From: Aureliella sp.
Lineage (GTDB): Bacteria > Planctomycetota > Planctomycetia > Pirellulales > Pirellulaceae
Assembly (NCBI GenBank): GCA_963691875.1
Contig: OY829846.1
Coordinates: 2,720,001 to 2,784,000 of the forward strand
Direction of reading: 5' to 3'
DNA: 64,000 nucleotides
Part shown: piece by piece, positions 1-9,268 of the stretch
Layout: each line of letters starts with the position of its first letter
Numbering within the stretch: position 1 is the first letter of the stretch
Made by a program: the position numbers and the translations under genes
Notes under the pieces: model-generated
Told to the model about the DNA's origin: nothing
Seen by the model: only the letters and a program-made list of their open reading frames with translations
The model's database searches: none

Positions 1-368
1 GACTTCAGAGGCATTGTCTGATCGCACACGTACCACTCGAATTTTTCACCAAGTTCGTCGAATGGGAAATCGGTGACGAAAATGTCCTGCTGGCAGAGGA
101 CCGGTGCATTGGTGTCGGTCCTGCACTCGACAACAGCATCATGATTTAAGTGCCCAGGCAACTTGCGAATCGACCACAGTTGGAAGCGATTCGCGCTGAT
201 TCTTTCATCGCATTGGTAGCTGAATACAAGGTCAACCAACCACCCTGCGTTAGCGTCATCAATCAGTAGTTTGATCCCGTCAGTGAATAGGTGGCTCGGG
301 TTCACGTTCCTGTACCAGTTGCTAGAACCGTTACGACGGCTCAATAGTTCAGTCGCAAAACTTGTCAT
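1..368 (-). CDS. DUF6876-like phage/plasmid-associated hypothetical protein, 3' end runs off the window
   Basis: Not in the ORF track; translated by hand. ATG at 368 follows a GGAG RBS. Reads MTSFATELLSRRNGSSNWYRNVNPSHLFTDGIKLLIDDANAGWLVDLVFSYQ...FQLWSI...QQDIFVTDFPF...WYVCDQTMPLK with no stop. The FTDG...A.WLvD...FQ.W...TDFP pattern resembles DUF6876. Confidence 0.7.
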   Translation of the reverse strand, partial: MTSFATELLSRRNGSSNWYRNVNPSHLFTDGIKLLIDDANAGWLVDLVFSYQCDERISANRFQLWSIRKLPGHLNHDAVVECRTDTNAPVLCQQDIFVTDFPFDELGEKFEWYVCDQTMPLK

Positions 369-469
369 GAGAAGTTCTCCAAAAGTTAGACCCAAAATGT
401 AAGACGAAAGACATGCTGAGATAGGCGATACCAGGCGACTCCTGATTCAAAGTTCTGATTCATGCTTGC

Positions 470-664
470 TCAGCTTTTCGCTTTTTTGCTGAAATGCTCG
501 ATCGTAGCTCTTCCAATTTCCTCGAGTTCCTTCAGTTGCTCAGCCGACGACTTGATGCGACTTCTGCTTGGCTCCTGCTTAGCTTTCCGCTCTTTGCATT
601 GTTGCGTTTTCGAATGCTTAACCGCATGGCTTGCGTCAGGCTGGCTTGGGTTGGATTGTGTCAT
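470..664 (-). CDS. Small basic hypothetical protein (64 aa)
   Basis: ATG at 664 preceded by GAGGAAAG; co-oriented with neighbouring island genes; MTQSNPSQ...HFSKKAKS. No recognisable family. Confidence 0.4.
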   Translation of the reverse strand: MTQSNPSQPDASHAVKHSKTQQCKERKAKQEPSRSRIKSSAEQLKELEEIGRATIEHFSKKAKS

Positions 665-879
665 AATTTCTTTCCTCAAAATTTGGTGCATCGTGAGAAA
701 GTCGGCGATACATTCCGACAAAACTAAAGTTCCTTTGCTGTTTTTAGAACGATTCCAGCCGCAGGTGCCAACTAAACTAAAGACTGCACCTGACCGATTT
801 GACATTGCTTACAACGTCGATGGTAGAGCGCGCAGGGCGCAGCACACTCGCTGCAATGATTCAGCTATGCGATCATTGA

Positions 880-1131
880 CTAAAACACCTGCTCAACCCG
901 TGTGTCGATGCGGCTGACACGTGTGCTCTGCGGTTCGTCAACCTCACAGCCAGTGGGCGACATGAAGCGTTCAAATTCTTCCACTGGGATGATGTACCTA
1001 GGCTTGAGACTGCCAGAACCTATGTTGGTGCTCCTCAGTCTTCCTGACCGAATAAGCCTGCGAATCCTGTCCTTAGACCATCCTGTAATTTCGTGGATAT
1101 CATCAACGTAAAGAAACCTACGCTTAAGCAT
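880..1131 (-). CDS. Excisionase-like helix-turn-helix DNA-binding protein (HTH_17/MerR-like)
   Basis: FLYVDDIHEITGWSKDRIRRLIRSGRL...PRYIIPVEEFERF is a typical Xis-like pattern; GAAGGAAGG RBS before ATG 1131; close to the integrase. Confidence 0.8.
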   Translation of the reverse strand: MLKRRFLYVDDIHEITGWSKDRIRRLIRSGRLRSTNIGSGSLKPRYIIPVEEFERFMSPTGCEVDEPQSTRVSRIDTRVEQVF

Positions 1132-1280
1132 TGCCTTACCTTCCTTCAATCAAGAACACTAAGAAACGTGCGATTAACGAAAGGTTAGAGAGCGTATGGT
1201 GTATTACCAGAGGCTGATTTAATGCTCCGAAGGTAATGAAGGTAAATCGAAGGTTCGAGTCCTAGGTAGCAGTCTCGCCT

Positions 1281-1844
1281 TCACCTTGGGGTGATCGAAA
1301 TCAAGGTAGTACTTTTGTTTTCTCGCCGGATGAATGGATACTCAGGTTTATCCGCCCACTCTCGGATCGCACTATACTTTCGCTGAAAAAGGGCTTGGAT
1401 CTCTTTCGTGTCTTTTTGAACCCAGCCAAGCTTCTCTCCAATCAGTCGCAAGAATGCTTCCGCTTTAAACTTGAAATCAAAGAGAGCTTCAGTGAACGCG
1501 ATATGCTCCCGGCTGAATGCCCATGAAACATCCAATTCATCGACCTCATCAGGGCCGAGGTACTGAGGCGGTTCACCATGTTTTTCGTAGAATTGAGTTC
1601 TTCGCGTTTCAAGCCTAGTGAATTCAACGTAGAGGTCGGCTGAGGGGTAAACCAATCGCGGGTCAGTTACCTCCATACTGGAAAAGAAAAGCACTGATCC
1701 TATGCAACCTGATTCCCAGTAATCCATGTCGGCATCCCAAGTGAATAGCTGCTTCTTTGGATCGAGAAGGAAGTCACGAAGTGTGGAGGCTATGCTTGCC
1801 TCTGGCGAATCATCCTCGCGGGATTTCTTATCTGCCACCAGCAT
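1281..1844 (-). CDS. Hypothetical protein (187 aa)
   Basis: Long ORF whose start overlaps the integrase stop by 17 bp; protein-like composition; no recognised motif. Confidence 0.65.
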   Translation of the reverse strand: MLVADKKSREDDSPEASIASTLRDFLLDPKKQLFTWDADMDYWESGCIGSVLFFSSMEVTDPRLVYPSADLYVEFTRLETRRTQFYEKHGEPPQYLGPDEVDELDVSWAFSREHIAFTEALFDFKFKAEAFLRLIGEKLGWVQKDTKEIQALFQRKYSAIREWADKPEYPFIRRENKSTTLISITPR

Positions 1845-3012
1845 TTCCCCCTAAATACCAATCTCGAACATGCTCACAAACCCGGTTAATGCGTTCATCT
1901 GAAACGCTTTCGCGATAGCCCGCGCTCATGTCGCTGGTCGCTGGAGAATGCCCCATGACATATTTGGTAGCCACAACATCCCCAGTCTCTTCACCGATGG
2001 TTTGGAACTGGCGTCGCAGGTCATAGAAGCGAATTCCAAGGTCAAGGGAATCGGCTAGCTTCGAGAATGCCTTTGTAACCGCATCGTGGCGCTGTTCTCC
2101 ATTATCACGGTGCCAAGGCTCCCGATACTTCGTATGAAACAGAACGTCCACATAGGCCTTACCAAATGGCTGCTGGCGGACTTTCTGAAACTCTTTGATT
2201 GCGGCGCGCGTCTCAGGCCATAGCCAAGCCTCACGTTCAACATTCGTCTTTCGTCTCGGATAAACCAGCCACTCCCCTTTAATGTGGTCGGCTCTCATTT
2301 GTCCCGCATCGGAATTGCTCATTCCTGCATTGATTCCAAGCAGCACGATTGGGCGGAACCAAACGGAGCAAGCATCTACAATGGTTCGCATCTCCTCGGG
2401 CGTGACCAAGACTTTCCGGCGCGAACTCTTCTTAGATTGACGACTCTGCTTGACCTGTCGATTTTCAGCTGCGGACATCTGCTTCATCGACTCGCCATAC
2501 TTCGGCCTTGGGATGAGTTCCCTACCATCAGCCGCACACCAATTGAGGAATGCTTTGATACGCCGAATGTCGCCGTCTACAGTCGTTCTGGAGCGACGTT
2601 CAACTTGGATGCCTCGAATACCACCACGAATCTCTGTCGTGCGTGGCACAGGCTTGTAGAGGTGCTCAACGATGGTGTCGAAGTCAAAGGCAGTCCACTC
2701 AGCTGGCAGGTCATCTTTGCCCAGCAGGTCAATCAACTTGCGGATCGTCTTAATGGACTCGATTCGAGAGCGCTCCTTCAGCTTGCCTTGCTCAACTCGC
2801 TTCCTGAGATAGTCAGCGTAGACGTTGCCAAGTTCAGAAAGGGTAGTGCTACCCCTGGCCTGTCTAACTGGCCTCCGGTGCAACTGGTCTTTCTCTGCGT
2901 TGTATCGCTTGAGAGCAGCTGCTTTATCCTTGCCGAAATAAACTTTTCGACCGTTGATTGTCTTGCACCACTGGCCAGCAGCGTGCAAATAGAGCGGGAA
3001 TTTCGTTGGCAT
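1828..3012 (-). CDS. Tyrosine recombinase/phage integrase family protein
   Basis: AGGAGG RBS before ATG 3012. N-terminal FPLYLHAAGQWCKTINGRKVYFG arm-binding-like region; C-terminal RRKT, YDLRR, MGH and catalytic Tyr (MSAGYRE). Adjacent to a tRNA. Confidence 0.9.
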   Translation of the reverse strand: MPTKFPLYLHAAGQWCKTINGRKVYFGKDKAAALKRYNAEKDQLHRRPVRQARGSTTLSELGNVYADYLRKRVEQGKLKERSRIESIKTIRKLIDLLGKDDLPAEWTAFDFDTIVEHLYKPVPRTTEIRGGIRGIQVERRSRTTVDGDIRRIKAFLNWCAADGRELIPRPKYGESMKQMSAAENRQVKQSRQSKKSSRRKVLVTPEEMRTIVDACSVWFRPIVLLGINAGMSNSDAGQMRADHIKGEWLVYPRRKTNVEREAWLWPETRAAIKEFQKVRQQPFGKAYVDVLFHTKYREPWHRDNGEQRHDAVTKAFSKLADSLDLGIRFYDLRRQFQTIGEETGDVVATKYVMGHSPATSDMSAGYRESVSDERINRVCEHVRDWYLGGNAGGR

Positions 3013-3072
3013 TGGCGACCTCCTAAATGCAACCTTCTGGGGTATCATAAGGGTAGTCGCGAGAAATTAAAG

Positions 3073-3146
3073 CACCCCAGGCAGGACTCGAACCTGCGAC
3101 CTACGGATTAGAAATCCGTTGCTCTATCCAGCTGAGCTACTGGGGC
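3073..3146 (-). tRNA. tRNA-Arg (anticodon TCT)
   Basis: Minus strand GCCCCAG TA GCTC AGCTGGATA GAGC A ACGGA TTTCTAA TCCGT AGGTC GCAGG TTCGAGT CCTGC CTGGGGT G forms a complete cloverleaf; CCA not encoded. Confidence 0.97.
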
Positions 3147-3470
3147 TTGAGGCCGTCAGTCTACCAAATGAACGTCAGGTAGTCAGGTGCCTGTCACATA
3201 GCCAGGCATCGCGCGATCCCATGGGCGAACTCTTGGTCCAATGAGCCTGCGAAAATGAGAATCTCAACTTTGGATCGAGCGACGAACGATTCCTCGCCTT
3301 CGTACGGTTGCCACACAAGTAGTTTCTGCAACGTGCAATTTTGCCTGATCTTCTGGCGAGAAGTACGCTCTTGAATCGGGTCAAGCATTGAAAGACAATA
3401 GAGCCTCGTCTTCCTTCCTGCCAAGTACATCTAACTTCTGAGCTTCCGCTCGGAGAGAAATCTGATCACC

Positions 3471-5951
3471 ATGCTGCGACCCAGACGCAATTCTCTGCAT
3501 GGAATATTCTTCGCCTCGTTGATGCTGATTTTGGGACCTGCGCAGGCAGCAACAGCTGACGACAATCTAAACCAAAAGGTGTGGACTTCAGCAGAGCGTC
3601 TTGAAGAGTCTGGAGCGGATGTAGAGGGTACGGCAGTGGATTTGGCCGAGGCATACCGGAAGACAATTGGCCCGCTTGTCGCGAGTCATTGTCTGGATTG
3701 TCACGGAGAGGATGATCCTAGCGGGGGATTGCCATTGCATGCTAGACACCTCGGTAAGCTCAAGACTGCATCTGTGCAAGACGCTTGGCTGCGGATCGAA
3801 CGGGTACTGGAAGAAGGCTCCATGCCGCCCGACGAGCCATTGAACGCGGAAGACTCTGGCGAGTTCAGGACTTGGTTGAGGCAAGCGATTGCCGCGGCGC
3901 GTGCCGGAGAGCTTCGCCCGGATGCGATGCCGCGTCTGTTAAACCGGCGAGAATACCAAAGCACATTGAACGATCTTCTTGGGATCGAGATGGATCATGT
4001 TCTCGATTTTCCGGTGGACCCTCGCTCGCTGGACGGTTTTCGCAATGACGCTTCGATGCTGCGACCAACCTCGTTGCACATGGAGCTTTTTTTGGCGAGT
4101 GCACGAAGAGCTCTCGAACGTGCAGTTGTCCCGTCGGAACCACCAGCTCCATTTCGTAGAGAATTCCTGGAAAGTAACTTGGATCGCTGGAACGGCGATG
4201 GTCAGCGTGCGAATCGACTCGGGCGTAAGCAAGAGTTCCTAGCACACATGCCAAAGGATTACCCTGAAACGGGGCCGTTCACTGTCCGCGTTCAATTGAA
4301 CGCCGAATTAAAACCTAAAAAGGGTTTTCCATTGCTGGAGGTGTCCGTCGGCTATCGGCCGGACACACAGATTCTGCTGCGTGAGTTCCCTCTCGTGGAA
4401 GTCACGGAAACTGAGTCGCAAGAGTTTGTTTTTCATGGCTATCTTGACGACTTCCCTTTGCCCGTTCGCGGACAAGGCAAATTTCCGGGGCTCGTCGTTC
4501 GGGTACGCAATCGCTATGACGATGGAAGCCCTCTTCCAAAACGCGAAAAGAAGCAGAAGGAGTATCCAGATGAACCAGAGCTACCGAAGCTGACCATCGA
4601 GAGTGTCGTCCTAGAAACGCCAAGCCAAGAAAACTGGCCCCCTCCGCAACACTTCGCCATTCTGCCCGAGTCGGAATTACGAGCTAAGGCCGCTGATTCC
4701 TACACGAGAGAGGTCTTGAGAAACTTTACCAGCAAGGCATTCCGCCGCCCTGCCATCGAGGTAGAGGTCGATGGCTTGATGAGTTTCTTCAAAGCGACAC
4801 AGAAGGACTTTCCGCAGTTCGAAGATGCGATGCGAGAGACCTTGGCGTTTGTATTGATTCAGCCAAGCTTCCTGTATCGAGATTACGTGCCAGAATCGGT
4901 CATGCGAGAGGACGCATCAACGATTAATGCAGAGCAGTTCGCGTTGGCGTCTCGTCTGTCTTATTTCCTATGGCGATCGATGCCAGATGACTCTTTACTC
5001 CAGTTGGCACAAGATGGCAGACTGTCGGATGCGGACAGTCTGCTCAATGAAGTCGCTCGCATGTTGGATGACCCGCGTTTTGATCGCTGCTTGAAGGACT
5101 TTGTTTCCGACTGGCTGCAGCTGCAACATGTAGATTCCGTAGCGGTGGACCGACGCATTCGAAACTGGAACGAGGATCTGAAACTCGACTTTATTGCTCA
5201 GCCCGTAGCCTTGTTTCGTGAACTGTTGCACCAGAATCTCAGCGCACTGAATCTACTGGACAGCTCTTTTGTGATGGTGAATGAGCCGCTAGCGAAACAC
5301 TATGGAATTGAGAATGTTCTGGGCAGTAGACTGCGCCCCGTACCTGTGTCCGATAGAAGCCTCCGCGGTGGCTTGTTGGGACAAGCCGGATTCTTCCTGG
5401 CAGGATCAAATGGTAAGAACTCGCATCCGATTCGTAGGGCCGTTTTTATTCGCGATCGATTACTGCTTGATCCTCCACTTCCCCCGCCAGCCGATGTCCC
5501 GTCGCTGGACGAAGCATCGAAAGAATTCGCGAAGCTTTCGATCGCCGAGCAGCTAGAGATTCACCGCGAGGCGGAAGGTTGCGCGAGCTGTCACCGAGAT
5601 CTCGACCCCTGGGGGCTGGCTTTCGAAGGATTCGATGCAGTTGGCCGTTGGCGGGGCGACGATGACAAGTCTGCAAAGCGAGGCAAAGGGGAGGGTGAGT
5701 CCATAACTTTCAGCAATGGTAAGACCTTGGCGGGCATGCGCGATGTGAAGGAACATTTGCTGTCGGAGTATCGATATGAGTTTGCCAAATCTTTAGTTAG
5801 TCGAATGCTGAGTTTCGCGCTCGGCAGGTCGCTTAACTTGGCCGATGAAGCAGAAGTAGACCGAATTACGCTTGAGTTTGCGAGTAGGAATTTCCGGCTT
5901 AGCGATTTGTTTAGTATTATCGTAAGCAGCAAGCTCTTTATGGAAGGCTGA
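3471..5951 (+). CDS. Planctomycete cytochrome c / PSD-domain protein (DUF1592/DUF1588/DUF1585 family)
   Basis: Signal peptide; CLDCH and CASCH heme motifs; RLLNRREY, LASRLSYFLW.SMPD, HPIRR and YALGR-like (FALGR) motifs; directly upstream of a DUF1552 gene. Confidence 0.9.
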   Translation: MLRPRRNSLHGIFFASLMLILGPAQAATADDNLNQKVWTSAERLEESGADVEGTAVDLAEAYRKTIGPLVASHCLDCHGEDDPSGGLPLHARHLGKLKTASVQDAWLRIERVLEEGSMPPDEPLNAEDSGEFRTWLRQAIAAARAGELRPDAMPRLLNRREYQSTLNDLLGIEMDHVLDFPVDPRSLDGFRNDASMLRPTSLHMELFLASARRALERAVVPSEPPAPFRREFLESNLDRWNGDGQRANRLGRKQEFLAHMPKDYPETGPFTVRVQLNAELKPKKGFPLLEVSVGYRPDTQILLREFPLVEVTETESQEFVFHGYLDDFPLPVRGQGKFPGLVVRVRNRYDDGSPLPKREKKQKEYPDEPELPKLTIESVVLETPSQENWPPPQHFAILPESELRAKAADSYTREVLRNFTSKAFRRPAIEVEVDGLMSFFKATQKDFPQFEDAMRETLAFVLIQPSFLYRDYVPESVMREDASTINAEQFALASRLSYFLWRSMPDDSLLQLAQDGRLSDADSLLNEVARMLDDPRFDRCLKDFVSDWLQLQHVDSVAVDRRIRNWNEDLKLDFIAQPVALFRELLHQNLSALNLLDSSFVMVNEPLAKHYGIENVLGSRLRPVPVSDRSLRGGLLGQAGFFLAGSNGKNSHPIRRAVFIRDRLLLDPPLPPPADVPSLDEASKEFAKLSIAEQLEIHREAEGCASCHRDLDPWGLAFEGFDAVGRWRGDDDKSAKRGKGEGESITFSNGKTLAGMRDVKEHLLSEYRYEFAKSLVSRMLSFALGRSLNLADEAEVDRITLEFASRNFRLSDLFSIIVSSKLFMEG

Positions 5952-5953
5952 AG

Positions 5954-7303
5954 ATGGCACAAAAATCCTGGCATTTAAGTCGACGTAAGATGTTGTTTGG
6001 CACGGGGGCTTCCCTCGCCTTGCCCTGGATGCAGTGCATGACACGAGCTGCTTCTGTGAAGGCATCTATTCCACCGACGCGATTCTGCTCGATGTATTTT
6101 GGGTTTGGCGTGAGTCTTCCGGACGCCAAGGGCGAGCATGCGCAATGGCGTTGGTTCCCAGAGCAAGAAGGTGCTGACTACGAGCTGAACTCAACGCTGC
6201 ACCCTCTCGAATGCCGCCGTGATGATGTGACCGTACTGGGAGGCCTTTCCCATCCCAATGGAAGACGCATGGGAGCGCATGACACCGGCGATACCTTTCT
6301 GACTGGTGCGTTCTTGAACAACAAGTACTTACAGAACACGATCTCGCTAGATCAGATTCTGGCAGAACAGACGCGTGAGCAAGTTCGATTTCCATCCTTG
6401 GTACTTTCGACTGACGGCGGGGTTGGGGAACCGACTCGCTCGAGCACGCTTTCCTATGATTCGAAAGGCCGGCCGATTCCGGCGTTAAACCAGCCTCAGC
6501 AAGTCTATGAGCGATTCTTTGGCAAGGGCGACGTGGATACACTGGTTCGGCGGCGGCAACTTGGCAGCACCAAGAAAATGCTTGATCTCGTGCTTGATGA
6601 CTCGAAGAATTTGCAGCGTTTGCTTGGTTCTTCCGACCGGCGTGTGCTTGAAGAGTACTTGGACTCGGTACGTAAGGTTGAGAGAGATGTAGAGCTGTCC
6701 CAGTCTTGGCTTGATAAACCTCGCCCCGAGCTCACCGACAACGAACTTCTCGAACTGGACCTGGAGTCCAACGAGCAGGCACCGCATCGTTTCATTGAAA
6801 CAATGTACGGCCTGCTGTTCCTTGCGTTTCGAACTGATTCAACACGTGTTGCCACGTATCAGATCACGAACATGGCGGACGCTTCCTCTAAGGCTGGCAA
6901 GTTCCCTCAACTGCAAGGATTCAAGAAGTCGCTACACTCACTTGCTCACGATTGGAACAAGCCGGGCGGGGCGGAAGCACTTGGGAAATGGGATCGCTTC
7001 ATGATTGAGCGGCTCGCCAACTTCTTAGAACAGCTTGCCTGCGTCGAAGATGAGAATGCACGTCTACTCGATAACACCATCGTGCTCTACGGCAGCAGCA
7101 ATAGCAATACCCACAATAACAATAACTATCCCCTGATTCTCGCTGGCGGCAGCAATGTCGGCTTCAAGCATGGGAGCTACCGGCGTTTCGCTAACGATGT
7201 CCCCATGTCCAATCTCTTGCTGACGATCGCCAATCGATTCCCTCAAGAGTTGGAGCAGTTTGCCGATAGCACTGGCGAAATCAGCGAACTAATGGGTGCG
7301 TAG
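5954..7303 (+). CDS. DUF1552 domain-containing protein (Tat-like signal)
   Basis: LSRRKMLFGTGASLALPW start; ISLDQ, LEEYLDSVR.VE, HSLAH and LLDNTIVLYGS...NYPLILAGG motifs; the usual partner of the upstream PSD protein. Confidence 0.9.
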   Translation: MAQKSWHLSRRKMLFGTGASLALPWMQCMTRAASVKASIPPTRFCSMYFGFGVSLPDAKGEHAQWRWFPEQEGADYELNSTLHPLECRRDDVTVLGGLSHPNGRRMGAHDTGDTFLTGAFLNNKYLQNTISLDQILAEQTREQVRFPSLVLSTDGGVGEPTRSSTLSYDSKGRPIPALNQPQQVYERFFGKGDVDTLVRRRQLGSTKKMLDLVLDDSKNLQRLLGSSDRRVLEEYLDSVRKVERDVELSQSWLDKPRPELTDNELLELDLESNEQAPHRFIETMYGLLFLAFRTDSTRVATYQITNMADASSKAGKFPQLQGFKKSLHSLAHDWNKPGGAEALGKWDRFMIERLANFLEQLACVEDENARLLDNTIVLYGSSNSNTHNNNNYPLILAGGSNVGFKHGSYRRFANDVPMSNLLLTIANRFPQELEQFADSTGEISELMGA

Positions 7304-7869
7304 AAAACCAAGGTGAGGCTGGATGGCAGGTCTCATTTCTGTTGCAGATTGCTCGGCGTTGGAGCGGAAAGCTGCTCGGCACAATTAGGACATAAGTCTC
7401 TCGCACTTTCGGATACGCGCAGATAGGCGTGCCCTACTTCAATCTCGCCGATTGCGGCAGTCTTCGCCGCCAGTTCGGATTCACCGCACTGGCGCCCTGG
7501 ACGTCCACCATTGAATGGTCAGAGCGTCGTTCTTGTATCAGATTGTTTATGAGTCAATCAGACTCCTTGCTGCCATACTGTGCTACTCCCCTGCCTTTGG
7601 GATGCGGCTTCTCAAATGCTGGCAGCAGACGCTTTGCCGCGGTTTGACTTCCAGCAGCGATTTTGCCCTCAGATAAAAGCGTTTTTGAGAGCGAGAGGAC
7701 AACCCTCTGCGGTCGAACTTCCGCGCCGCTGTTAATGCAGACGTAGGCGGCGGAAAAGATGAAAAAATAGAACTTTATCTGCATCCAAACCGGCATGCTC
7801 CGCGAATACTAGGATGAATATGCAAATTCGCAGAGATAAGACGTTAAAGCACCCATTTGGAGATGCGGT

Positions 7870-8076
7870 ATGAAGAAAGCAAACAAAGACCAACAGCAAG
7901 TTCAAACAAACTTCCGAAGCGTGTGGACTGAACGTGAACGCGTCGAGAGAAGACTGCTAGCACAACAAAAGCAGATGTGGCTTTTCGAAACGATTGGGTT
8001 GAGATCTTTAACTTGTGTCGCAAAACCAGAAGCTTCGCAATTGGCAGAGTGGCTCTGTTTCGTGAAACCGAACTGA
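7870..8076 (+). CDS. Small hypothetical protein (68 aa)
   Basis: GGAG RBS before ATG; helical charged segment WTERERVERRLLAQQKQ; the best candidate gene in an otherwise gene-poor stretch. Confidence 0.4.
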   Translation: MKKANKDQQQVQTNFRSVWTERERVERRLLAQQKQMWLFETIGLRSLTCVAKPEASQLAEWLCFVKPN

Positions 8077-9268
8077 TCCCGTCAGAGTGGTTTTGGAGTC
8101 TTACGGTGCGACAAGCAGTGCAATGATCCCGTAACAAGCAGTCGGTTAAAGCTGTTTTCAGACCAAAGAAATAGCGCCGAAGATAAAGGAACAGAGTAAG
8201 AAAACGCCCAGACTCGCGACGGAAATGAGCAGTGCCGAAACCTATTCGTCATCGATTCGTAACTGCAGGGTCCGATCTACCCGTTCAAGGCGAAGAGAGT
8301 TCATGGGCATCGACCGTTCGGGACAGGGAAGGAAAAGCGGACACATCTTGACAGCGCTTGATCGACGGAGGGGCGGCTGTATCGCCAAACGACCTCTGGG
8401 ATCGCGACGCCTACGCAATGGATGCGTCCCGCGGACAAGGCTTTACTTTTTTGGTGTGATTCCCTGCTTGGGCAGCGCGTAGATTTGAGCAATCGAATGG
8501 CCCGCTCCTAAACTGAGTCCGATGGATCGCGAACTCGTATTCACGGATGTTTCCTTGGTACGCGATACGGCAATGAGTCTCATATGATTTGGTGAACGAG
8601 GGTCGACGTTGATCCTGTGGACTTCGCAGACAAGCCGTCAGTTGAAATACCCTTTGGCGATGGAATATCGAGCACCCTGATCGGAACAAGCCCTTCACGA
8701 CTTTGCACGCCGTATGAACGCCGAAGCGAAGTGGGTCGGAAGGTGGTTCTTCATCTACTTGGTTTCACGAAGACGCTTGGCTGGATTAACATACTGGAGA
8801 CACTCCGTTGGACGCACCAGATTCATCCACTTGTCTCGGAGGATTATCAGCTCAACCCCACCAAACCGACATTGCTTGGAGAAGGAGCGTATGAGCTAGA
8901 CTTTGTATGGCAATGAATGCGGATTCATATCGGCGTTGAAGCTTACCACGCGTTCTTTGCTGGCAGTTTTCCAGGGGCATAGCCACAAGAACGAATATGA
9001 AGACATCAAAAGGATCCGCTTCTGCACGCCCGTTGCCATGGTGGAATGGCCAGTGGCTGAAACAGTGGTCACTATCTCATGAGCAGTCGCCTTGACGGTA
9101 CGATCATCGTTGAAGGCGTTCGTAAGCAGAGCGACTATCATTGGCCAACCTTAACCGTCCCTAGTGTATCTTGGTTTCCGATTGTTGGGCAGTGGCCGGC
9201 GAACTTCGCAATGGGATTCTCGCTAGGCGATCCAAGGTGTGCGCTGTCGCAGGAAAAAGGAGCGATGC

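Larger units (their letters stand above)
1..3072 (-). mobile_element. Edge of an integrative element/prophage-like island inserted at the 3' end of tRNA-Arg; continues beyond the left edge
   Basis: The tyrosine integrase starts ~60 bp downstream of the tRNA 3' end and is followed by an excisionase-like HTH gene and small co-oriented orphan genes. The other att site is not in the window. Confidence 0.75.

Noticed and set aside
2284..3111. 275-aa plus-strand ORF
   Set aside because: Antisense shadow of the integrase and tRNA; no protein motifs.
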